This document shows positions 55,764 through 64,000 of a DNA stretch of 64,000 nt, piece by piece. The translations under genes were made by a program, and so were the position numbers. Numbering within the stretch: position 1 is the stretch's first letter; every line of letters starts with the position of its first letter. The notes below the pieces were generated by a model. The model had not been told where the DNA came from. It saw only the letters and a program-made list of their open reading frames with translations, and did not search any database. This stretch comes from Bacteriovoracaceae bacterium (lineage in GTDB: Bacteria > Bdellovibrionota > Bacteriovoracia > Bacteriovoracales > Bacteriovoracaceae), in NCBI GenBank assembly GCA_024711325.1, contig JANJTC010000005.1, positions 1,204,172-1,268,171 on the forward strand. The letters are read 5' to 3'.

Positions 55764-56380
55764 ATAGTCTCATCATCCATGGATGTTACGACGCCACAAC
55801 ACTTAAAACTTTGATTGATTTTGGCATCAAGGACTTCGCTTTTGACCTTCGCGGGAGAAGTCAGAATCTTATTTCCTTTAAAGATTTAAACGAGCTTCTC
55901 AAGTTCGTAAAAAATGACCGTGTTTTTTTAACCTTTGAAAATGATAAAATAGAAACCATTCATTCCTTTTTGAACCTTTTGAGTCAGCACTCTAAAAAAT
56001 ATCTGCTGATTTTCAGAGATCATCAGGAGACCAGTTTTTATGCTCAGATTCAGAACCCTTTTTTATGGCTGTTTCATCCGGCGGGGGACTGGCGTGGAAT
56101 TTTAGCTTTAACAAACCTAAAAGGAATTATTCTTCCTTTAAAATGGCAGGATCAATATCAAAAGCTACCTGACCTGTGGAAATTGATTGATGCAAGGAAC
56201 TTAGATGTATATTTGCATGCCGAAAGTTTTGAAGAGTCTCTCAACCTGGATTTAGATGAAAATTTAAAATTCAGTCTTGATTTGAGTTTTGAGATTGAAT
56301 CAGGCTTTAGACAAGTTGATCAGTCTAAGCTCAAAGGAATGAAAATCTGGAGAAAATTAAATGAAAGTTCTGCTCGCTAA
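55760..56380 (+). CDS. hypothetical protein with weak TrpF (phosphoribosylanthranilate isomerase)-like pattern
   Basis: IIHGCYDATTLKTLIDFGIKDFAFDLRGRSQN compares with KICG...G-ad-iGF-F...SpR, and DLSFEIESGFRQVD compares with D-SSGVE-PG-KD. It has an ATGA overlap with the amidotransferase gene. Confidence 0.35.
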   Translation: MNSLIIHGCYDATTLKTLIDFGIKDFAFDLRGRSQNLISFKDLNELLKFVKNDRVFLTFENDKIETIHSFLNLLSQHSKKYLLIFRDHQETSFYAQIQNPFLWLFHPAGDWRGILALTNLKGIILPLKWQDQYQKLPDLWKLIDARNLDVYLHAESFEESLNLDLDENLKFSLDLSFEIESGFRQVDQSKLKGMKIWRKLNESSAR

Positions 56381-57137
56381 TGATGACGGCGTGTTCGCAC
56401 CTGGCATACGAAGTCTATTTAAAGAATTGAGTCCTCATCATGACACTACTATCATTGCTCCTTTGGAGGAGCGCTCAACCACTGGGCATTCTTTGAGCCT
56501 GGATAAACCCTTACGGATTGAGCGGTTAGAGAATAATATTTATGGATGTACAGGTTTTCCCAGTGACTGTGTTCTCATGGGACTAGGGCATGTCTTGAAA
56601 GATTCAAGACCTGAAGTCATAGTATCTGGAATAAATCGGGGAGCGAATCTAGGACAGGATCTTTATTATTCGGGGACAATTGCCGCGGCCCGGGAAGGAA
56701 CTTTTCACCATGTGCCTTCAATTGCAGTCAGTTTAGTTTTTAATTCTGTGACTGAGGAGCATCTTTATTTAGTCGCCGCTACAGTTATTAAATGGTCCTT
56801 AGAAGCAGATATTCATAGGACCATTCATCCTATGACCTTACTCAATATCAATGTGCCAAATATTCCATTAAATGAAATTAAAGGCTTAAAACTCACTGAA
56901 ATTGGTTTTAGACGTTACTCGGAAGAAATTCATGCTAGACTAGATGCAAGAGACCGAGAATATTATTGGATAGCTGGTATTTACGAAGGTTATGAGTCAA
57001 ATCCTGAATCTGATTGCGAAGCAGTAAAAAATGGGTGGATCGCCATTACACCCCAGGCTTTGATTGATGGATGTAATAAGGATTATAGTGAACTCGCCAA
57101 TTGTATAGAGAGACTTAATGCGAAATATTTTACTTAA
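56361..57137 (+). CDS. surE: 5-prime/3-prime-nucleotidase SurE
   Basis: MKVLLANDDGVFAPGI N-terminus and the SGINRGANLG block. Confidence 0.92.
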   Translation: MKVLLANDDGVFAPGIRSLFKELSPHHDTTIIAPLEERSTTGHSLSLDKPLRIERLENNIYGCTGFPSDCVLMGLGHVLKDSRPEVIVSGINRGANLGQDLYYSGTIAAAREGTFHHVPSIAVSLVFNSVTEEHLYLVAATVIKWSLEADIHRTIHPMTLLNINVPNIPLNEIKGLKLTEIGFRRYSEEIHARLDARDREYYWIAGIYEGYESNPESDCEAVKNGWIAITPQALIDGCNKDYSELANCIERLNAKYFT

Positions 57138-57771
57138 TTTTATTCTCATGCTTATCCTCACTTCATGCTCAAGCATGAGGAGTGGGCAGTACGTCTATGT
57201 TGAAAAATCTTCTGAAGTAAATAAAGTTGCTAAAAATTATGGCGTGACCGTTAACGAATTAAAGACTGCCAATCCTAATAAATCGTTCAAGGGTCGTGAA
57301 TGGATTTTCATCCCTTCAAAAGTCGGCATCGCTTATTTCTTAAAAGATACATACGTTATTGAAGATTATCGAGGTCTGGGGTCAGGACGGTTCGTCTGGC
57401 CAGTTCCTCATTTTTACCGTGTTTCCTCTCACTTTGGCCCTCGAGGAAGAAAGCATCATGATGGAATAGATATTCCGGCCCCGCGTGGAACACCTATCAT
57501 TGCGGCCGATACGGGTGTGGTGATCTATTCTGACAACGGAATTCGTGGCTACGGGAATATGATTGTCATAGCTCATGGAGATGACATTTTTACAGTCTAT
57601 GCCCATAATCGAAAAAATAAAGTCGATAAGGGTGATAGAGTTGATAAAGGGCAGGTCATTGGTCTTGTCGGAAATACCGGTCGCTCAACTGGGCCACATT
57701 TGCATTTTGAGATCAGGGTAAAGAATAAAGTCAGAAATCCTGCTCAATTCTTATCGAAGTCTGAGGACTAA
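57118..57771 (+). CDS. LysM + M23 peptidase lipoprotein (NlpD-like)
   Basis: Lipobox LTSC, a LysM block (VAKNYGVTVNELKTANP), and HHDGIDI and GNTGRSTGPHLHFEI. Confidence 0.85.
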   Translation: MRNILLNFILMLILTSCSSMRSGQYVYVEKSSEVNKVAKNYGVTVNELKTANPNKSFKGREWIFIPSKVGIAYFLKDTYVIEDYRGLGSGRFVWPVPHFYRVSSHFGPRGRKHHDGIDIPAPRGTPIIAADTGVVIYSDNGIRGYGNMIVIAHGDDIFTVYAHNRKNKVDKGDRVDKGQVIGLVGNTGRSTGPHLHFEIRVKNKVRNPAQFLSKSED

Positions 57772-57774
57772 AAA

Positions 57775-58368
57775 CTAATCTTTTTTGATTCCGAATTTAT
57801 CCAATAGCTTCAGGTACATGATGGCAGTATTTCTGGCATCCTCAAGCGCTGTGTGTGCAACAGAACCCATGCCTAAATAATTCATCATATTGGTCCCTGA
57901 ATCCATACCCATTGGAAGAAGCCCCATGTCAATCAATGCATAACCGATTCCAGAAAGATCAAGGTTTCTATGATGAAAGTATTTCCGCATAAATTCCCAG
58001 CCTAAATCACGGGTAAGAAAAGGCAGATCTATAGCAGTCATTGATTTTCCAAAAAGGACGACTTTTTGATTGCCGAAATATTGGCGAACTTCGGGGCTTT
58101 CTAAATACTTAATTAAAAATTCTTTGAATTCAGAAAGCATGAGGCCCTCGGCGCTGGCCTTTCGAATAATTTTTTCGTTATGCTCTCTGACCCACGGGTC
58201 AAGACTGTCACGCAGATCTTCAAATGAAGGGCAATGTATATACATGGTACGAGCGAGGGGTTCTTCCAGACGTTTTAATTGGGTGTCGAAAGGAATCATT
58301 GCAAATTCGATGATTTGACAATTCTCAGCAAGTCCTGTGGCCTCAATATCAATGCTTAAATATTTCAT
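57775..58368 (-). CDS. DEDDh 3-prime-5-prime exonuclease
   Basis: SIDIEATGL (Exo I) and HTALEDARN (Exo III). Confidence 0.75.
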   Translation of the reverse strand: MKYLSIDIEATGLAENCQIIEFAMIPFDTQLKRLEEPLARTMYIHCPSFEDLRDSLDPWVREHNEKIIRKASAEGLMLSEFKEFLIKYLESPEVRQYFGNQKVVLFGKSMTAIDLPFLTRDLGWEFMRKYFHHRNLDLSGIGYALIDMGLLPMGMDSGTNMMNYLGMGSVAHTALEDARNTAIMYLKLLDKFGIKKD

Positions 58369-58401
58369 GAAGGTCTCCTGTCTTTATTCTAGAGACATGG
58401 A

Positions 58402-58434
58402 GGAGAAAAGAAAAGGGTCCCGAAGGGACCCTTT
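58402..58434 (-). terminator. intrinsic terminator after the secreted nuclease gene
   Basis: gggtccc/gggaccc stem extended by A/T pairs. The minus strand continues ttttcttttc. Confidence 0.7.
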
Positions 58435-58439
58435 AAAGA

Positions 58440-59348
58440 TTATTGAATAGTGGCCGTTACTGGGCAGTGATCTGAAACACCTTCGTAGCTGATACCTAGT
58501 TCTCTCTCAGAAACTTCCTGACAGCGAACTTTTTGACAGTGTCCAGAAACCTTCGTCTCAGGGGTAATTTTAAGTAGTCCTGGAGATACGATGACATGAT
58601 CAAGAACTGAAGGAGTCTCGATACCGTCATCAGATCCGCCCCACCAGTATGAAGTACAAGCAACTCTAGCAGCAAGGTTTACCATACCAAGTTCACTTAC
58701 CACTGCATTTAGCTTCTTATAGTCTGAACCGCGTGAAGAAAATTCAGTCGTATTGAAGTCACCGGCAACATAGAAGTCTTTTACGCCAGTTCTGGATTTT
58801 AAATCTTGAATAGTTCTTTTGATGATTTGGTATTGCTTTTCTCTTTTGCCCGCTCCGTTTGGACCAGATTTTAAATGAACCGTCATTCCATAGAATTTCT
58901 GCTTAGTTGCCTTAATTTGGAATAGAGCAATGGCCATTGGTCGTGAACCGGAATCACATGTTCCTTGTCCACCAGGATTTGAAAGCGATAGGTCTTCATT
59001 AAAGCCCAAAAGCTCCACTTTTTTGCTGTTATAAAGAAAGCCTAAGCGCTGTCCATGAGCACCACCACAACGAGTAAGCTCGGTAAGATAGCCCGGCATT
59101 TGTTTGGCGACAAATCTTTCGAATTCTGCAGTGTTATTAATTTCTTCAACGCTTAAAACATCAACTTTGAGGTTGTTGATAATAGTTGCCAGGGCCGATT
59201 TATCAGTTGGGACCTGAGATCTTTGATCATAGTCAAAGTTTCTAATGTTGTAGGTTCCGATGGTAATGGCCTGGGCAGAAAGTGAAGTAGCAACAATTAA
59301 AAGAGAGAGTAAAAATTTCATGAAAGCCTTTTTGATATTAGTCAGCAT
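58440..59348 (-). CDS. secreted endonuclease/exonuclease/phosphatase (EEP)-family nuclease
   Basis: Signal peptide, then GTYNIRNF, LSVEEI, GDFN and SDHCPV blocks. Confidence 0.75.
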   Translation of the reverse strand: MLTNIKKAFMKFLLSLLIVATSLSAQAITIGTYNIRNFDYDQRSQVPTDKSALATIINNLKVDVLSVEEINNTAEFERFVAKQMPGYLTELTRCGGAHGQRLGFLYNSKKVELLGFNEDLSLSNPGGQGTCDSGSRPMAIALFQIKATKQKFYGMTVHLKSGPNGAGKREKQYQIIKRTIQDLKSRTGVKDFYVAGDFNTTEFSSRGSDYKKLNAVVSELGMVNLAARVACTSYWWGGSDDGIETPSVLDHVIVSPGLLKITPETKVSGHCQKVRCQEVSERELGISYEGVSDHCPVTATIQ

Positions 59349-59560
59349 TATAAAACTTATAAGAAAATCTAATGTGTTTGCCCGAGCATATTACTTAGCT
59401 AAAGCAAAGCTTGGCAAGGAAAAACCCCGATTTATATAGAAATAAATGTAATAACTACATGCATTAGATTGAAAGAAAATGTAAGAGTGACAATTATTTG
59501 ACTTTAATGGTCATGAGTGGCTTTATAGGCCCATTCTCGGAAGGATACTTAGGAGGAAAC

Positions 59561-60292
59561 ATGCTGAATTTGAAATCTTTTGTTCTAGGCCTGGCATTAA
59601 TCGGGGCCTCTTCTGTTTACGCTGATAGTGAATCAGAGCAGAAGTTTCAAACGATCGCTAGTATGGAAATTCAAGAAATTTCTATGGATGTTTTAGGTCA
59701 AAACCAAATTGAGTCGCTTCATTACAAGCAACTTGCTGTTGGCCTTCCTAATGAGAGCGGAAATGTAGATCCAGTCGAACAGGCAGGGAAGGTCATTACT
59801 GTCTCCCGCGATTTAGTCGCCTTGGGAGAAGACATTTATAAATTGGTGATTAAAGGCAAGCCTAGTAATCAGACTTCATATGCACCTATAAGTGTTATTC
59901 CAAGAGTCGCCGGCGAACCGGTGGATATTCTGGATACAGAAAACTGGAGAGCACCCACTAAGCGTACTTACCAGATTATCTACCGAAATCTCTATGACAT
60001 TGCTGTTGTGACATTCAGATATAGCATCATTTTTTCATCCCACGGTCAGTATGATGGTAAGGGCGCTTACTTAACGGCGGTTCAGATTGTCCCTGAAAGT
60101 GTTCACACGCTTTTTGGTTTTGATTTCACTGCTACCATGAAACTTGGTGGAATTCAGAATCAGGGAACAAAGGCCAGTCCAGTTGCCGGTGCAACACTTT
60201 TACTTGAATACACCGTAAGCTCAATGATGAATGCAAATAATCAAGTTGATAGTTACTTTGTAACGGGTCTAGGACAGTTTAAGAAGATCTAG
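59561..60292 (+). CDS. secreted hypothetical protein
   Basis: aggagg SD and signal peptide MLNLKSFVLGLALIGASSVYA. The start was moved from the track TTG at 59498. Confidence 0.45.
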   Translation: MLNLKSFVLGLALIGASSVYADSESEQKFQTIASMEIQEISMDVLGQNQIESLHYKQLAVGLPNESGNVDPVEQAGKVITVSRDLVALGEDIYKLVIKGKPSNQTSYAPISVIPRVAGEPVDILDTENWRAPTKRTYQIIYRNLYDIAVVTFRYSIIFSSHGQYDGKGAYLTAVQIVPESVHTLFGFDFTATMKLGGIQNQGTKASPVAGATLLLEYTVSSMMNANNQVDSYFVTGLGQFKKI

Positions 60293-60531
60293 AGATAATC
60301 AATAATAATTTTTCCAGCTGGTTCACGCTCAAGAAAAGTTTTGAGCGTGAATTCACAAGTGGCCCATCCGTTTTGCATAGTACATTTTCTGCAAACTCCC
60401 TCTCCATCACAGGAAGAGGCTATTGTGATATCCCTTGATCTTAACCAGTCCAGAAGATTGATATCCAGGTCTTCGTCTTGGTAACTCAGGAATTTTGATG
60501 TTTTTGAGGCCCGACCGTAGACTTCAATCAT
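60289..60531 (-). CDS. ferredoxin-like miniprotein (possible 2Fe-2S site)
   Basis: Cys cluster SSCDGEGVCRKCTMQNGWATCEF (C-x5-C-x2-C-x8-C). The ATG at 60531 forms an ATGA overlap with the upstream stop (the track GTG is at 60537). Confidence 0.4.
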   Translation of the reverse strand: MIEVYGRASKTSKFLSYQDEDLDINLLDWLRSRDITIASSCDGEGVCRKCTMQNGWATCEFTLKTFLEREPAGKIIIDYL

Positions 60532-61787
60532 TGGCACTTAAAATCTCCCGGATTTCGGTCATCAATAATAAAACGACTACCTTCTTTGAATTTTGTATAG
60601 GCCCATATATTGCCTAATTTATCTGCATTATAGATTGGGATATTTAATTTAAGCAGATTTTCAATCTGATCTTCTGAGCTTCTATCCGACTCAATAATCA
60701 GCCTCACCGGATCCGATAAAAAGAGGTGCCTTGAGTGGCGAATTAGCTTATCTACTTCTGCTGTAGTTTGACTCTGCGGAAGTCCATAGCGCACAAGGTG
60801 AAACAGGTGTTGGCCAGGATCACGACTTTGGTTAGAGAAGGCCCAGATCTTATTATTGTTATTTTCAATCATGCAGACTGCAGAACTTCTGACTTTGGAT
60901 TCCCCTTTAAAGAGGGGCAGACCTTCCAGAGAGGCCATCCTTTCGAGTTTCTGGGAAGAAGAAGCCAGAAAAGCTGAATTAGGCAAAGATAAACCATAAA
61001 GATTGGCCACTGGAATAACTTTATCAATCAGAAAGATCGAATTGTCATAAAGATTGAAATCATAGTTGCAACTACCTGTACTGCCTTTGTCTGTTACAAA
61101 ATGAGTTAGAGAAGTATTCACAATGATTTTTTGATTTTTTTGAACTTTGCGGTAAAGCTTAATGACCGTTTTGTAATCTAGATTCGGGGAAGTCTCGTTT
61201 TCTTTTAATACATCACTCCCTCTAAAATAGTAAGGAGCGAGTTCAGAATTGTTTTTGATAAGGGGAATGTTCTTTACAAGGAAGCTTTCAAAATCCTTAC
61301 CAATTTTTATCTTTTGGGGAAGAGTCTGATTAAGAATATGTGCATAGTATTCAAGATTTCTTTTCTTCCCAAATTTTTTCAAAACCCATTCAATGCCATA
61401 GAGAAATGGATACTGATCCACATTATGTTCTGAGAAGAAATCAAAGTAATAACTCTTTTCACCTTGATGAACTAGCACTTGAAAGCGGGAAGTAGGAGAT
61501 GATTGATCCGGCCTGACTGATAATTGCAGCAGATTCCAGAGTGCGAAGTGATCCAAGAAATCCAAGGATGATTTATTCAGCCCCTTAATCATCTCGTTAT
61601 AAACATTCTGAGAATTTCCGCTAGGCCCTACCAGTTGAAATTCAATTTTTTTATCAAATGAACAATGGCCTGCTATTGCAGGGGTCTGGGCCGCTAGTTT
61701 TTCATCCTTAACAATTGGCGTATCAATTCTACTTATAAAGAATGAACAAGAAGAAGAAAGTAATAGCAGTAAAAAGAGTTTAAACAT
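60528..61787 (-). CDS. hypothetical lipoprotein (419 aa)
   Basis: Lipobox LSSSC after the ATG at 61787, which overlaps the upstream stop (ATGTTTAA). No recognisable domain. Confidence 0.5.
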   Translation of the reverse strand: MFKLFLLLLLSSSCSFFISRIDTPIVKDEKLAAQTPAIAGHCSFDKKIEFQLVGPSGNSQNVYNEMIKGLNKSSLDFLDHFALWNLLQLSVRPDQSSPTSRFQVLVHQGEKSYYFDFFSEHNVDQYPFLYGIEWVLKKFGKKRNLEYYAHILNQTLPQKIKIGKDFESFLVKNIPLIKNNSELAPYYFRGSDVLKENETSPNLDYKTVIKLYRKVQKNQKIIVNTSLTHFVTDKGSTGSCNYDFNLYDNSIFLIDKVIPVANLYGLSLPNSAFLASSSQKLERMASLEGLPLFKGESKVRSSAVCMIENNNNKIWAFSNQSRDPGQHLFHLVRYGLPQSQTTAEVDKLIRHSRHLFLSDPVRLIIESDRSSEDQIENLLKLNIPIYNADKLGNIWAYTKFKEGSRFIIDDRNPGDFKCQ

Positions 61788-62112
61788 CCTCTTCCTCGTC
61801 CAGAATAAAGTCAGGTGAAGAATGTGTATGGGATAACTTAAAGCGGTCATGAAGGTCCTGCTTTAAGTCCGTTTCAAAGACCTTCTTACTGTTAGTTTTA
61901 AGCAATGCCACAATAAAAAGTCCGCCGTATTCTCCACCGGTGGCCTGGGTACTTAACGATTCAATTTCAAAGCCTGTTTGTAAAATACCCTGCATGATCT
62001 TATCAAATTCGACTTCACGGTATCCAGTTTTTCGGTGAGGAGGGGCCGGTATATAATAAGTGAAGGTGGTTCGGAAAATCTTCTTTCCTGACTTTTGCGG
62101 TCGACTACTCAT
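61780..62112 (-). CDS. hypothetical cytoplasmic protein with an acidic C-terminal tail
   Basis: About 110 aa, ending in DFILDEEEDV. The ATG at 62112 is preceded by ggag (the track GTG is at 62121). Confidence 0.45.
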   Translation of the reverse strand: MSSRPQKSGKKIFRTTFTYYIPAPPHRKTGYREVEFDKIMQGILQTGFEIESLSTQATGGEYGGLFIVALLKTNSKKVFETDLKQDLHDRFKLSHTHSSPDFILDEEEDV

Positions 62113-62289
62113 CTTATTCACTCCAGTACTCTATAGTTTTCGATGCTTTAAAGAGAAATATTCTTCTATTGTATGCGAGAACTCTCCATTATGTTGAGAA
62201 GTTCTTTACAGGTTTAAATAAGATCACTTGGAAAAAGTTTCCTCCTGATATTTTCCTTTGTTCGTAAAAAACTTTAGGTATAATGAATG

Positions 62290-62364
62290 TAAGATGTGAC
62301 AGGATGTCACTCTCAAAGGCAAGATGCCGAAAAGAAGGGAGCCAAGCAGGGGCTCCCTTTTTTT
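62290..62364 (+). ncRNA. speculative small RNA (orphan promoter-like element plus terminator)
   Basis: tataat at 62279-62284 with ttgttc 15 nt upstream (short spacer), an internal gtgaca-gga-tgtcac hairpin, and the T7 terminator at the end. No credible ORF. Confidence 0.25.
62337..62364. terminator. bidirectional hairpin terminator
   Basis: gggagcc-aagcagg-ggctccc stem, with a T7 run on the + strand and ttcttttc on the minus strand. It lies 29 nt after the fibre-gene stop. Confidence 0.7.
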
Positions 62365-62392
62365 ATGTCTCGAAGTTAAAAAAATAAAAAAT

Positions 62393-63346
62393 TTAAATTT
62401 TTCTTATTCCAAATACAAATTGCCCAGCATTGAGGTTCATTGGTAAACCATTGTTGTACATATCGTAGCAAGCGACATGCAATTGAAGAGTGTCATTGGC
62501 AACCAGTCTTTTAACTGAGTGATGTGATGGAGCAGATAATGTTATCTCTGTTGAACCATTCTTTAGAACTCTGAAATTGCCAGACATATAGGCATCATTA
62601 GGAGCGTCCAGAAAAATTTCATAAACTCCATTCTGAGGAACAGTGAAGATACCTGTAGCGGAATTAAAACTTCCACTGTTGTAATCAGCTGCTAAGGCAG
62701 GAATCATATATTCACCGGGAAAGACAGGATTCGTTGCGGAGCAGGTAATGGTAGTAATATCGGACCAGCTGCTTATAAAACCAGTGTAGCTTGGAAGGTT
62801 TACGAGTTGACTCGCATCGACTGCCGGTAATTTTCCCGATCCATCCAGTTGAACAATTTGCAATGGTCCAGTTCCAACATCAACTGCTATCATTCCCGTG
62901 GTAGTAATTGTTCCACCTGTAAGTCCATTACCTGCGGTGATAGAAGTCAAACCACTTCCTGCTATCTGGGCCTCAAGTTTTCCTAAGGCCTGAATAAGAG
63001 TGTCTGTTGGAGCGATTGAGGTTGGTGATCCAACCGTATAACCAGTAAGAAGAGAATTTCTTACTCTTGATTCCAAAAAATATAAATTAGCACCTTCCGG
63101 AACTACTGATGTATTCAATGTTGCCCAGGTCTTGTCACCGCGAAAAAACTGCAGAGTTGTTCCAGAAGCAATGGTATTTTCCTTTGCCGCAATGGCAGTC
63201 TCCACATCTATAAAGTTCTGGTTCATTTGTGGAGCTGAAGTTGGTGTGTTGTCTGTAAAGATGTAGGTGACAGCATTTGCGCTCATGGGAGTGGTAAGAC
63301 TTCCGAGTGCAAATAAAAGTGTTAGAAATTTAAAAGAGGTTTTCAT
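62393..63346 (-). CDS. secreted tail-fibre-like protein with a C1q/TNF-like C-terminal head
   Basis: Signal peptide MKTSFKFLTLLFALGSLTTPMSANA. Fibre-type blocks QFFRGDKTW, LIQALGKLE and GLTGGTITTTG...LDGSGKLPAVDASQL. The C-terminus reads FNSATGIFTVPQNGVYEIF...LKNGS...NDTLQLHV...FVFGIRKI. Confidence 0.55.
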   Translation of the reverse strand: MKTSFKFLTLLFALGSLTTPMSANAVTYIFTDNTPTSAPQMNQNFIDVETAIAAKENTIASGTTLQFFRGDKTWATLNTSVVPEGANLYFLESRVRNSLLTGYTVGSPTSIAPTDTLIQALGKLEAQIAGSGLTSITAGNGLTGGTITTTGMIAVDVGTGPLQIVQLDGSGKLPAVDASQLVNLPSYTGFISSWSDITTITCSATNPVFPGEYMIPALAADYNSGSFNSATGIFTVPQNGVYEIFLDAPNDAYMSGNFRVLKNGSTEITLSAPSHHSVKRLVANDTLQLHVACYDMYNNGLPMNLNAGQFVFGIRKI

Positions 63347-63804
63347 TAGGGTCCCCACTTAGCCTCGGCCCAGTTGGAACCCCACTGAGCTATAGGCATA
63401 GTCGTTGCTGATTTCTTGGTAATGATTGAAAAGAATGGTTCTGGTGCACATTTATTACTGTTCACATAGATTGTTACAGTCGAGGTAGCTTCATAAAAAT
63501 TCACGTCCAAAAGGGAACCACATTGCTGAGGTCCCTGCCATTCAGAAGCACCGTCGAAGCCAACCAGGTAAAGGCTCCAGGTTCCATGAGGAATAAGCAT
63601 CTTATATGGAGGTATAAGGTCTTTGGTGATTACTTCTTTGGTAGAAGAGTTAACGAGCATCAAGGTGGCACCGCCAGAAAAGGTCAGATCCCCGAGGAGT
63701 GCATTCATACTCACCTCAAGCTTCGTGTCAGATTGCTTACCACTCTGACTACAGCTGGCCAGGAATAGCAGGGTTAAAAATGGCATGAGTAAAGACTTAA
63801 ACAT
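63346..63804 (-). CDS. small lipoprotein translationally coupled to the fibre gene
   Basis: Lipobox FLASC. Its stop overlaps the fibre ATG (TAATG). Confidence 0.5.
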   Translation of the reverse strand: MFKSLLMPFLTLLFLASCSQSGKQSDTKLEVSMNALLGDLTFSGGATLMLVNSSTKEVITKDLIPPYKMLIPHGTWSLYLVGFDGASEWQGPQQCGSLLDVNFYEATSTVTIYVNSNKCAPEPFFSIITKKSATTMPIAQWGSNWAEAKWGP

Positions 63805-63951
63805 TGCTTGTTAAATCGGCTTATTTCGAATTTTTCTGAGGTCTTTTCTTGGGCGGAGTATAGTTGAGCAATTTGTTCATTTGGAAGGGGGAAGTATGTA
63901 ATAGTTATAGATCTTAATGAATAAGCTGCCTCTTTTAGTATATTAGGGGCC

Positions 63952-64000
63952 ATGCGAATCCTATTGATATCACTGAGTCTCCTTTTAAGTACACAAAGCT
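63952..64000 (+). CDS. 5-prime end of an exported protein (runs off the right edge)
   Basis: ATG followed by the signal-like sequence MRILLISLSLLLSTQS. Only 16 codons are visible. Confidence 0.25.
   Translation, partial: MRILLISLSLLLSTQS

Noticed and set aside
62283-62387. 34-aa + strand ORF (MNVRCDRMSLSK...) in the spacer.
   Set aside because: It reads straight through the terminator hairpin and T-run, and it has only a marginal SD.
1-64000. CRISPR arrays, rRNA and tRNA genes, transposases, toxin-antitoxin pairs, and restriction or other known defence modules.
   Set aside because: Scanning the intergenic regions and the ORF translations revealed no spaced direct-repeat arrays, no cloverleaf-sized GC-rich gaps and no diagnostic motifs. 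This is a by-eye negative, not a computed one.

Overview
AT-leaning, densely coding chromosomal segment from a Gram-negative bacterium, with about 75 protein genes. I recognised no rRNA, tRNA, CRISPR array, transposase or phage module by eye. Housekeeping operons are mixed with many lineage-specific lipoproteins, secreted nucleases and peptidases, and a fibre-like protein. This suggests a Bdellovibrio-like predatory lineage, but that is inference only. Recognisable blocks: (1) the rib operon (ribB-ribE-ribD) plus a degenerate Xer-like gene; (2) an ABC-F/cNMP-binding gene pair; (3) rnc-era-der; (4) a short LOV photoreceptor; (5) yfgM-bamB; (6) an M14 carboxypeptidase; (7) ffh-rpsP-KH-rimM-trmD and rplS-rnhB, split by an inverted nine-gene menaquinone/DAHP-synthase operon; (8) accD-folC-lptD; (9) surE plus an M23 peptidase. 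Stand-out items: (i) a two-copy, roughly 240-bp MITE-like element with 24-bp terminal inverted repeats, each copy sitting exactly between convergent genes with their TAA stops spanning its boundaries; (ii) a four-gene minus-strand operon encoding a 658-aa secreted protein, a 1739-aa Cys-rich lipoprotein, a thioesterase and a membrane desaturase, preceded by a G8 tract; (iii) a lipoprotein paired with a tail-fibre-like protein that has a C1q-like head; (iv) a tightly coupled three-gene operon of unknown function ending in a ferredoxin-like miniprotein; (v) tandem rnhB paralogues sharing a 41-nt identical core. No single item is demonstrably a new system. The giant-lipoprotein operon and the fibre pair are the best candidates. 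All functional calls come from motif recognition by eye on the supplied translations and have not been checked against any database.
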